A stretch of 64,000 bases of DNA from an uncultured archaeon (GTDB taxonomy: Archaea; Asgardarchaeota; Heimdallarchaeia; Heimdallarchaeales; Kariarchaeaceae). The notes under the pieces were generated by a model, which saw nothing but the letters and a program-made list of their open reading frames with translations, ran no database searches and had not been told where the DNA came from. Location of the stretch: the NCBI GenBank assembly GCA_964645535.1, contig CAZYCQ010000003.1:32001-96000 (forward strand), in the 5' to 3' direction. Position numbers and translations under genes: made by a program. Below, piece by piece: positions 43,648 to 53,200 of this stretch; position 1 is the stretch's first letter, and every line of letters starts with the position of its first letter.

Positions 43648-45501
43648 CTAACCAGTAAATGTCCTGTGTTTAAAGGATCTGAAATTGCTCCATTGGTAGA
43701 GTCCAATGGCGGAACCAAACAGGAGGATTGTCAAGAATAATTGCAATCCAACCATTATGGAGCCATTTATTCCATGAATCCTTTCCTCAAAAAATTCGGT
43801 TAAGCTTACATTGAAAAGAAATGCAAATGTGGCAGGAACAGCACTGACAATGCTACCAGAAATCGCAGCAATTTTGGCAAGACGATGATCAATGACTTTC
43901 GTTCTGAGACGGATGTCATCAATGGTTTTATTGTCTTGAAGAAACTCGATATGTGCATCCATCCATCCTTTGGAGAGTGGAGTGACAAAGAATCGTAAAG
44001 TAGATTCTTTATCTTCTGGAGAAATCACTCTTTCTGAAGGAACGATGATGGAACCTGGAAATTGAGGGCGGACAACAATGGGTTTTTCCTGTTCAATTTC
44101 AATGGTTTCCGTAACCTCTGAAATTCTTTCTCCAGAAACTAAAGAAGTGATGCTTTTCTTTTTCTCAAATCTTTGTTCGGATATCTTAATGATCAAAGGA
44201 TAGGTTCGCTGCAAAATCATGCGGTCATACCAATCAATCTTGAGACTTTTCTCACTTAAAGGACGATAGTCCCTCTTTCCTATATCCTCTGGGAAGAGGA
44301 CGGAAGCTTCCATTAATTCTTCTTCTTCAGCCATTTCCTCTTCCTTCTCCAAATCCTCAATGAAACTCCCCAATTCATCATCATCCATTTCTTTTATTTC
44401 GGATTCAAGACTCCCGGATTGTTTAGAAGATCTTTTCTTTGCCATTGCCCTTGGACTTTTAGCAGGTGAACTCGATTGAGAATCCATTTTACCTGTTGAT
44501 TGAGCCGAAGGAGCCGGAGCCGGTTTTGGGAGCGGAGAAGAGGGCATAACTTTTGGAGGAGGAGGGGCTTTCGTAGGTGAAGAAGTCACTTCTGTTTTTG
44601 GAGGAGACGGTGGCACGCCAGCGGTAGCCGACGGGGGAGGTGGAACTGCTTGGCGCGGAGGAGATGTGGTCACTTGTTCTAAATGATCCTTGCTTTTGGG
44701 AGATGGAACCTCTTCCATTCTAGGCGCAGGAGCAGGTGGAGAAGGGACACTTCCTTTAGGAGACGGAATGGATCCAACTTCTTTACTTTCTTTAGCGTCA
44801 ATTGTCGGAGATTTTTCTTTTGGTTTTGCAGTAACAACCTTGGCTTTGGAAAACAACGGTTTGTCCACTTTGATCTCTTTTTCGGAAGAGACCTCAATGT
44901 CTGATTGGATAAAGGATTCAAGACCGGGAACAATGTATTCGTTGATATCCTTATCAAGAATGGTTAATGATATCATTTTCAATCCCATTAAGCTAAATTT
45001 GAGATCAACACCAGAAAATTTGTTAACAGGGATTGATTCTCCAGGAGAGGTTTCATCGAGTATGTTAGTTTCAGAGATAGGTTTGGAAAGGATAACCCCA
45101 ATTTTGGTTAATATATTACCCAATATCCGTTGTGGAGGGATATTGAGAAATGCAGTGCCTATTGCCGAGGAAAGAGAAGCATCAAAATTGATTTTGAGGG
45201 TATAGGTTTTTCCATCAATTGTTTCCTTCAACAGAATCGAAAGTGAATGGGGAAGAATAAGGAAACCATCTTCAGGATGGGTAGGAATGAAGGAGAGTTT
45301 TTCTAAATCAGAAACGTCCTTCCAAGGTACATCAAGATCATCTTTATTGAACATCAAGGTAGTTGAGTCATTAGGGATTTCAAGCCAATATTCCTTACCT
45401 TGCTCCTCAGCAGTCCAAATACGGGGAGATCCATCTATCGTGTAAACGTTGAGAGGAAATATTTGTTCTCCTTTTTCGGCGTTGTTAGTGATAGCCTTCA
45501 T
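43648..45501 (-). CDS. Membrane-anchored hypothetical protein with proline-rich and acidic low-complexity regions
   Basis: Globular N-terminus; Pro/Ser-rich tract (~44500-44770); acidic tract (~44310-44400); beta-sandwich-like segment; two C-terminal hydrophobic helices; no signal peptide. Confidence 0.8.
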   Translation of the reverse strand: MKAITNNAEKGEQIFPLNVYTIDGSPRIWTAEEQGKEYWLEIPNDSTTLMFNKDDLDVPWKDVSDLEKLSFIPTHPEDGFLILPHSLSILLKETIDGKTYTLKINFDASLSSAIGTAFLNIPPQRILGNILTKIGVILSKPISETNILDETSPGESIPVNKFSGVDLKFSLMGLKMISLTILDKDINEYIVPGLESFIQSDIEVSSEKEIKVDKPLFSKAKVVTAKPKEKSPTIDAKESKEVGSIPSPKGSVPSPPAPAPRMEEVPSPKSKDHLEQVTTSPPRQAVPPPPSATAGVPPSPPKTEVTSSPTKAPPPPKVMPSSPLPKPAPAPSAQSTGKMDSQSSSPAKSPRAMAKKRSSKQSGSLESEIKEMDDDELGSFIEDLEKEEEMAEEEELMEASVLFPEDIGKRDYRPLSEKSLKIDWYDRMILQRTYPLIIKISEQRFEKKKSITSLVSGERISEVTETIEIEQEKPIVVRPQFPGSIIVPSERVISPEDKESTLRFFVTPLSKGWMDAHIEFLQDNKTIDDIRLRTKVIDHRLAKIAAISGSIVSAVPATFAFLFNVSLTEFFEERIHGINGSIMVGLQLFLTILLFGSAIGLYQWSNFRSFKHRTFTG

Positions 45502-45730
45502 AGTTACTTATTACTCGTTATTGAATTTCGTATTAAAAACTGGTTCATCAATAGTAACTCTGTGTAAAAAATTGGAAAAAAAAGTTGCAGTTGAAATTTG
45601 ATGCATACATTAAAGAATCTGCGCAATAATCCACATCATTCAGACTAAAGATGGAAAATTGGAGAAAATTTGTACAGGTTTTACATTTCAGTTCTGAAAA
45701 GTTTATACATAAACGGGTCGATCACTACCT

Positions 45731-47143
45731 ATGGAATACAGAATCGAAAAAGATTCCATGGGAGAAGTTAAGGTTCCAGCAGATAAGCTTTGGGGAGCAC
45801 AAACTCAAAGATCTCTAATGAACTTTGACATCTCATCAAGAAAATTTCCAAAACCATTCATCAAAGCGTTGATTGAGGTCAAACGGGCAGTTGCAATTGC
45901 AAACAAGGAATTGGGACAGGTCGATGCAAAAATAGCAGATGCAATTGTTCAGGCAGCAGAAGAAATTCTTGAACAAGGAATGCATCTCGATCAATTCCCA
46001 CTGGACATTTACCAAACAGGAAGTGGCACACAGACAAACATGAATGCAAATGAGGTGCTTGCAAACCGTGCAATACAAATTTTGGGAGGTGTCGTGGGTT
46101 CAAAAGATCCTGTACATCCTAATGACCATGTCAACAAAGGCCAGAGCAGCAATGATGTAATCCCAACAGCAATGCATATTTCAACATTGGTTGAAATCGA
46201 GAAAAGATTGCTTCCAGAGTTGGATAACCTCTCAGCAGCTCTTGAACAGAAGGCCAAAGAGTTCATGGGCATTATCAAAATTGGAAGAACACACCTTCAA
46301 GATGCAGTTCCATTGTCATTAGGACAGGAATTCAGTGGATACGTGCATCAATTGAAGATTGCCAAGCAAGCAATCAACGCCGCAAAAGAATTGATTCGTC
46401 CTCTTGCTCTGGGAGGTACCGCAGTGGGAACAGGTCTCAATGCACATCCAGATATGTCAAAGAGAGCGATAGAAATAATTTCAGAGAGAACAGGCGTTCA
46501 ATTTTCTGATGATGCCAATAAATTTGCGCTTTTGGCAGGAAAGGATGGACTCGTTGCAGTCAGTGGAGCTCTGAAAACCCTCGCGGTAGCCTTAATCAAA
46601 ATAGCAAATGATATCAGACTGCTTGCGTCTGGACCAAGATGTGGCATTGGAGAACTTCATCTTCCTGAAAATGAGCCCGGATCGTCAATCATGCCTGGAA
46701 AGGTCAATCCAACTCAAGCAGAAATGATAGTTCAGGTAGGGGCTCAAGTCATTGGCAACGATGCTGCAATTACCGCAGGAGGGACATGGGGGTTCTATGA
46801 ATTGAACTTAATGAAACCCATGATCATATCAAATGTTCTCGAAAGTATTGACATATTAACGCGGGGAATGGCGTCCTTCAGGAAAAATGCTGTTGAAGGT
46901 ATCACCGCAAATGTTGAGAGAATCTCGTCTTTGGTAGACAAATCCCTTATGCTTGCAACCGCTTTAACACCAGTCATAGGATATGATAAGGCGGCGGAGC
47001 TCGCCAAGAAAGCCTACAAAGAAGGAAAGACAATCCGGGAAGTCGTAAGGGAAGAACAGCTCATGTCAGAAGATGAACTTGAGAAAGCACTTGATCTTAC
47101 ACACATGGTCTTTATCCGTCATGATGCGAAAAGAACCGATTAG
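45731..47143 (+). CDS. fumC: Fumarate hydratase class II
   Basis: YRIEKDSMG, QTGSGTQTNMN.NEV, GQSSND, KIGRTHLQDA and GSSIMPGKVNP motifs. Confidence 0.96.
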   Translation: MEYRIEKDSMGEVKVPADKLWGAQTQRSLMNFDISSRKFPKPFIKALIEVKRAVAIANKELGQVDAKIADAIVQAAEEILEQGMHLDQFPLDIYQTGSGTQTNMNANEVLANRAIQILGGVVGSKDPVHPNDHVNKGQSSNDVIPTAMHISTLVEIEKRLLPELDNLSAALEQKAKEFMGIIKIGRTHLQDAVPLSLGQEFSGYVHQLKIAKQAINAAKELIRPLALGGTAVGTGLNAHPDMSKRAIEIISERTGVQFSDDANKFALLAGKDGLVAVSGALKTLAVALIKIANDIRLLASGPRCGIGELHLPENEPGSSIMPGKVNPTQAEMIVQVGAQVIGNDAAITAGGTWGFYELNLMKPMIISNVLESIDILTRGMASFRKNAVEGITANVERISSLVDKSLMLATALTPVIGYDKAAELAKKAYKEGKTIREVVREEQLMSEDELEKALDLTHMVFIRHDAKRTD

Positions 47144-48300
47144 GCGGTAAGAGGACCATCTATCAGATAGGATTTGTCAGATCTCCATTTTTTCTGGTCG
47201 AAATCAAAATTCAGATTGTAAAATGGATAAACCCAAGAATACTTTTCAGTGAGATAAAGGAAAGAGAATTTGATGTCCTTGAATTTTTCCCAGAGGAAGT
47301 ATCCATATTCTCCAGCAATTGAAGGAGGTAACCAAGCCACATGGATGAATTTTGACTTTTCAGATCGCATGAATGAACGGAATGGAAGGAGATTAGTTTC
47401 CAAAAAAGAATGGAACCGATTGATTTCCTTTGCCCCACCTGCATCGCCCATTATCAATAATGGAACTGTTATGTCGAAAATCCGCCGATCATATTGAAGA
47501 ACAGGCTTACCCATCACGTTTTCTTCAATCTTGTTCATCCGACGAGAAATAGTTGATGCATCTCTTTTATAGAATGAAGCGATGTCTACAGGACGAACTT
47601 TTCCATTGACAGTCAATTCACGGATTAGGAAAAAATCCAAGGAATCCAACTTATGGAGAAATGGATCCATCTCCCTGACTTCATAATAAGAATTGCTAGG
47701 CAGTCCGCCCCAGAATTCCTCTATAGAATCGGGTCCAAATACTGCAAAATCCCATTCATTGGGAGAAGACCAATAGGAAAGATCCAATCTAGACTGACTC
47801 ATCCGTTCGTCTTCAACCTTTATGAAACTTTTCAGCTCAAGTTCTTTCTGGATGGCACGATAGAATTCATCCATTTGGGCTCTTGCGTCAATCGGAACAT
47901 CAAACTGGGCATAGGCATTCATCCCATTATCCAAATAGATTGTCCGATAGTGAGTATAGGGATGAAGGTCACAGATTCTGAAAAAGCGTTCAATGGTGTC
48001 ATTATTTGGGAAATCAAAAAAAACCAGATCCTGTCTGATCAATCCCAAACTTTTGGGATTATATCTCCCTTCAACCTCAGTCAGTAGACGTTTTCCTCCT
48101 GGAAGTACAGGATCCCTAATCTCCTTAGTTTTTCGCAACACCCCCGAGGAATGGAGAAATGAAAGTATCTGCGATAACTGGTGATAGGTCATGGGATATC
48201 CTTGGTCATTGAGCAATTTTTTCAAAGAATTAACACTAATTTTCGGATACTGAATAAGGTTAAGCATGACCACCTTCTCAAGCAAACCTAAGTCTTTCAA
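47140..48300 (-). CDS. Probable duplicated Lrp/AsnC-like winged-helix regulator
   Basis: LDSLDFFLIRELTVNGK...IASFYKRDASTISRRM..IE AsnC-type HTH in the second half and a degenerate HTH at the N-terminus. TTG start. Confidence 0.7.
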   Translation of the reverse strand: MKDLGLLEKVVMLNLIQYPKISVNSLKKLLNDQGYPMTYHQLSQILSFLHSSGVLRKTKEIRDPVLPGGKRLLTEVEGRYNPKSLGLIRQDLVFFDFPNNDTIERFFRICDLHPYTHYRTIYLDNGMNAYAQFDVPIDARAQMDEFYRAIQKELELKSFIKVEDERMSQSRLDLSYWSSPNEWDFAVFGPDSIEEFWGGLPSNSYYEVREMDPFLHKLDSLDFFLIRELTVNGKVRPVDIASFYKRDASTISRRMNKIEENVMGKPVLQYDRRIFDITVPLLIMGDAGGAKEINRFHSFLETNLLPFRSFMRSEKSKFIHVAWLPPSIAGEYGYFLWEKFKDIKFSFLYLTEKYSWVYPFYNLNFDFDQKKWRSDKSYLIDGPLTA

Positions 48301-48333
48301 TGATATTCCCCAACCAGAATGAAAATTAAATCT

Positions 48334-48804
48334 TTATGTTGAAATCTCAAGATCAGGATCAGAGCCACCTGATCCGCCAGGTGGATCAAAGATCAATGTG
48401 CTTGTTGCGGTAGATCGCCCCCCATTGTTCAATGTAGCATCAATATTGAGGGTATACCATCCAGATTCGGTTGCGTGATCGTAGAAGAAATTGTAAATCG
48501 TGAAGGATTGGTAGTTGGTGGAAATAATGAAAAGATAACTGAAATTTAAACCGGAAGGTAATGTCAAAGTGACATAATATTCGAAAGTGTAGGCCACACC
48601 TCCATAAAGGTCAATGGAGACTTCAGCGTAAACATCATCCATATACCCATCTTCATCTAGATCTGTGTAATTTGCAAAGAGGATGGCTACAGAGATACTG
48701 GTTTCAGAGGTGTCTTGAACTTTCACTTGCGAAGAAGCTCGGGATAGATTCATCCCGATCAACAATAGGCTCAGCAAAAATATTGTTGAGATTCGAATTT
48801 TCAT
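48334..48804 (-). CDS. Small secreted beta-sandwich protein with DxDxDG loop
   Basis: Signal peptide, DLDEDGYMDD, alternating beta-strand pattern, ends IFDPPGG. Confidence 0.75.
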   Translation of the reverse strand: MKIRISTIFLLSLLLIGMNLSRASSQVKVQDTSETSISVAILFANYTDLDEDGYMDDVYAEVSIDLYGGVAYTFEYYVTLTLPSGLNFSYLFIISTNYQSFTIYNFFYDHATESGWYTLNIDATLNNGGRSTATSTLIFDPPGGSGGSDPDLEIST

Positions 48805-49002
48805 TGATCATATATTTACATATTATTTATAAATATTTCTTGAAAAATAGCAATTACTGATATTCGTAAATACAGAGCTTGAAAATCACCCATGATAAGC
48901 ACAAAGTGGCTTTTTCGAAAAATTTTCCTATCATTTTCCAAAACAATGTTGCATGTATTCTCGAAATATTTATATATTAAATAAAAATTAGTGAAATTAG
49001 CA

Positions 49003-49069
49003 ATTCGAAAACCGACCACAAAAGTTCGTTCATCTGAAAACAAAGCGTGAACTGGACAGGTTTTCGAAT
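49003..49069 (+). promoter_or_regulatory. Putative 5'-leader stem-loop upstream of the subtilase gene
   Basis: Perfect 11-bp inverted repeat ATTCGAAAACC (49003-49013) / GGTTTTCGAAT (49059-49069) with an inner AGTTCG/TGAACT stem, about 27 bp downstream of TTTATATA. Confidence 0.45.
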
Positions 49070-49082
49070 GGAGTTGATCGGA

Positions 49083-50111
49083 ATGCGAAAAATAAAGAGT
49101 AGCTTGATCATATCAATATTCCTAATCTCTGCTATTGGGATAGGTTTTGCTCCATTGATCTCGGAGGCAAAAGAAGGACCCTCAATTTATGCAGGGCCTC
49201 CTTGTAGCCTTTTTGGGACATGTGATAGTGGCACAACCTATCCATGGCAAGATTCAGATCCCGAAACCCCTTGGGGAATTGAGCGGGTCTTCAACGGAAA
49301 TTATTATGGAGATCAATACACAACTAAAGTGCAAGTAGCAATTCTAGATACAGGTATTGACCTTGACCATCCAGATCTCCAACCGAACATCAAATGGGCA
49401 GTTGATGCCACAGGCGGAAACAGTGCAGATGACAAGAATGGCCATGGAACCCATGTTGCCGGCACAATTGGAGCAATCCGAGATAATAACGGCGTTGTGG
49501 GGATGTATGCCAATGTGGAAATTTACGCCATCAAGGTTCTTGGAAATGGAGGATCTGGTTCATGGGATGATTTGATCTATGGTCTTGATCTTGCCATGAA
49601 GGGTCCAGACGGAGTTGTAGGAACCGAAGATGATGCAGATGTAGTAAGCATGTCATTGGGTGCTTCAAGTGATCCTGGTACGGCAGTACACAACAAAATC
49701 ATTGAATTGTACAATGCAGGGATTACACTCGTAGCTGCTGCTGGAAATGATGGAGACGGCGATCCCACAACTACAGAGATGGGTTATCCAGCAGCATATC
49801 CAGAAGTCATTGCAGTTGCAGCAACCGACAAGGATGATACACTTGCAAGTTTTTCAAATTCAGGTGATTACATTGACTTTGCTGCACCGGGAGTCTCGGT
49901 TTATTCCACCTATAAGGGAGGAGGCTATGACACCCTTTCAGGAACATCAATGGCTACCCCACATGTCAGTGGCCTTGTAGCCCTCTATCTTGCAATGGGT
50001 GGAACAAGAGACCCAAGTGCAGTATATGATTGGCTGAAAGCAAATGCATTGGATCTTGGTCCTGCTGGATTTGATACAGGTTATGGCTGGGGATTGATAC
50101 AAGCACCATAA
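49083..50111 (+). CDS. Secreted S8 subtilisin-like serine protease
   Basis: PWGIERV, ILDTGID (Asp), NGHGTHVAG (His), AAAGN and GTSMATPHV (Ser); signal peptide from ATG 49083. Confidence 0.95.
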   Translation: MRKIKSSLIISIFLISAIGIGFAPLISEAKEGPSIYAGPPCSLFGTCDSGTTYPWQDSDPETPWGIERVFNGNYYGDQYTTKVQVAILDTGIDLDHPDLQPNIKWAVDATGGNSADDKNGHGTHVAGTIGAIRDNNGVVGMYANVEIYAIKVLGNGGSGSWDDLIYGLDLAMKGPDGVVGTEDDADVVSMSLGASSDPGTAVHNKIIELYNAGITLVAAAGNDGDGDPTTTEMGYPAAYPEVIAVAATDKDDTLASFSNSGDYIDFAAPGVSVYSTYKGGGYDTLSGTSMATPHVSGLVALYLAMGGTRDPSAVYDWLKANALDLGPAGFDTGYGWGLIQAP

Positions 50112-50224
50112 ATAGGCCCTAAACAAAATTTGTGTTTCCAGAAGCCGTTACTTAAATTCTTCGGCGGTCATGTTTCAATTCCGTAAATGAATAAACTTTA
50201 AATCAGAGTGAAACATGCTTTGTT

Positions 50225-53200
50225 GTGCAACATCGATTATTCGTCATATTTTTGCTGGCATTGATTTTGGTATCACAACCAGCGGTTGCAAATCAGACAT
50301 ATTCTCAGCCAATTGGATTTTTTCTTTTAGAGGACGGGGAGGATTTCTTTTCAGTCCTCCCATTGGGAACCAAGAAGGATGACAGTGGAAATGTCCACGT
50401 ATGGTTCAACTATATTGAACCTACACTCCATGAGGATCAAGAACGATTGGTTGTGCTATATTATGCGGTCATTTCAGAAACAGGGGAGGTGTTCATCAAA
50501 GAATTGGATCGTCATCCATTCAGTTTAAGCAAGGTAGCCTTCTTTGATTGGAATGAACTACGGATTCTTCCAAATGGAACGGTAATGGGAATATTTGTGG
50601 CACCAAGTGATTTTGGGGTTGACTTGAACCTTGTAAGATGGAATGGAAACCTGTCCGTGATCACACTTGAGCAACAAAGTGAATTTGATTTTTCTGGGGA
50701 CATCATAGGACCCATTGACAAGCCAGATGAAAATTTTCTTTATTTGCTTGATGGAGAGTTTGGGGGGAGCAAGTCCATCATGAAATTGGAGTTCTCAAGA
50801 GAAGGAAATCTTCTAAATAAAACAGTGGTAGGTTTTCCAACTTTGTTGGACGACAGCAAGGAAATTACAGACATATTTGATGCCACTTATGCCAATGGAA
50901 CATTTTTTTATAGTGTAGCATTGCGTGAGAATGGAGCTTTTGATTCATTGGGGGTAGTTTCACAGATAAATCAAACTACAGTCTCTTTGTTTGCAAAATC
51001 CATGGATTATAACGTGAAAGAGATTGCAAACATTCCTTTCTTAAGAAACCTGAGACAAGATATTTTGACACCCCGCCTTGTGGCAACAGAAAATGGAAAG
51101 CTTTATTCTTATCTCTTTGGATTTGACAATTCGGTCAATTTTTTGGGAATTTGGACAAATGGAACTCTGAAAGATATTTTCACAAATTCTACAGAAAACC
51201 CATTCCAGCTATCTTTCTTCCCGCTTCTAAGTGCAATAGGCGATCATCTTGAAATCTATTTCTTAGGAATCCAATATGCACAAGATGCCATTTCATTTAC
51301 TGTTGATCATTTTACATATTTTGAGAACGGCACCTTAACTAAAGAGAAATTTCTTGATCCCAACTTATCAGGAGACATATTTCTTTTCATTCCAGATCCA
51401 CAGGCACAAGATTTTACAGCCATTGCATCCACTTTTAACACTCCTCGGACATCCAGGATAGATTATGGCATTCTCAATGAAACTGTTGGGGGACTGTATC
51501 TCCTTTCTTCAGAAAGCCTGCCCCCCATAGAACCCATGTTTTTTAATCTTATTCTGGAAAACGAACAGACCACTGCTAAGGAATTTAATCCCTTGATTTA
51601 TCTATATCCAGCTATAGGAAGTCTCATGCTCCTTTTTGCCATTCTCACTTATGCAAATTGGAGAAAGAGAAGACTTGCTATTCCTCCTGAATTGCAGAAG
51701 CTTCTGGACACCAAACCTGAATTGATTTCGGAAGGTAAAGAGGTAGAAAAGTTTGTTCATAGGTTGAGATTGAATTTAATTTATCTTAGAAGCAATGCGA
51801 AAAGAATCATCAGAACAATTCTCATAATGTTTATCCCAGCGCTCTTATTTTCGACCCTTATATTGGGAATTCTTACATATCAAGCAAATCTGCTAAGCAC
51901 CTATCAAGCACAAAATCCCTTGAATGATATTGAAGACTTAAGTCTCGAGTCCAATATGAAAACAGATTTTACATGGACCAATCTCTGGTTCAGCGATGAA
52001 TTCCAAGAGTCAAATTTCAGTGAGGTGGATTTTGCAATTCCTGAACAACTGTCTTCTCAATCCCTTAAGTCATTTGGAATTGAGGATTTGGGATTTAGAT
52101 TATCTTCAGTTGTGACCTTCCCGCTTTTTGAACCTGTGTTCCTTAATCTCACCTTTGGAGAGGAAAATATTCAGGTCAATCTTCCTTTTCCCAGAGAATT
52201 TGGTGTGGTGGATCAACGTTGGTTTCAATACCTAACAGACCATTTGATTCGAGGGCGTCTTCCTCAACATCCAGGAGAGGTACTAGTACTTGATTCTTGG
52301 TATGTTGAACCGGTTGCCTTTCTTCCTGATGAGCCATCAGGTGTGATTTGGGATGTAGGTTCAACCATTGAAGTGGCAGCTTCGGAATTGGATGTATTTC
52401 TTAACAGCACCGTTCAGGGACTTAAACAGAATGTAACTGTTGTGGGTGTACTTGAGAGAGTAGAAAGCCTGCCATTTTCGGAAGTGAAAGAGTGGACCGA
52501 AAAACTGAATACTACCACCAAAGGTCTCAGACTATTGGACAAAGTACCGTTTGTTACGTTTTCACACCTGATGGGGAAGTTTCTCAATGAATTTTCAAGA
52601 TTAAGCCTGCGTCCGACAGCACATATAAACATGAGATATGAAGTTGAAAAGGTGAATCGTGATGCAATTCCAGAATTGGTTCAAAATCTGAAGGAAATGG
52701 GAAATGAAACCTTACGGTTTACTGGTTTTACTTGGACGGGAAATTATTCAAGCAAGAGAATTGTGGAATTTTTGGAAGGATACTATCTTGCGAGTCGGGA
52801 CATTCAATTGGAAACAGTGGTATTGATTGTTCCGATTTTAGCGCTTGCAGTCTTGGTCACTTATGATGCACTGGGCATGAACCGATTGTCGATTACAGAG
52901 GAAATCAGGAGGTTCAAACGAGAGGGCATGAGAACTGAAAGAATTGTACTACTGCTTTTGGCTGAGCAGGCCATGACGACGTTAGCATCAATAATCCTAT
53001 CTCTAGCAACAGTAAATTATGCAACTCAGGAAATGATTAGGTTTACAGGTTACTTTGAACATGGAGACGTTTTTGTTCCACAGGTAACTTGGGAGCAATT
53101 GCCTTGGATTGGAATAGGGACATTCTTGGGTCTATTCGTACTGGGGTCAATCAATTCATTGACGGTTCTTTTCCGCAGGGAAGAGGCTAAGTTCGAAACA

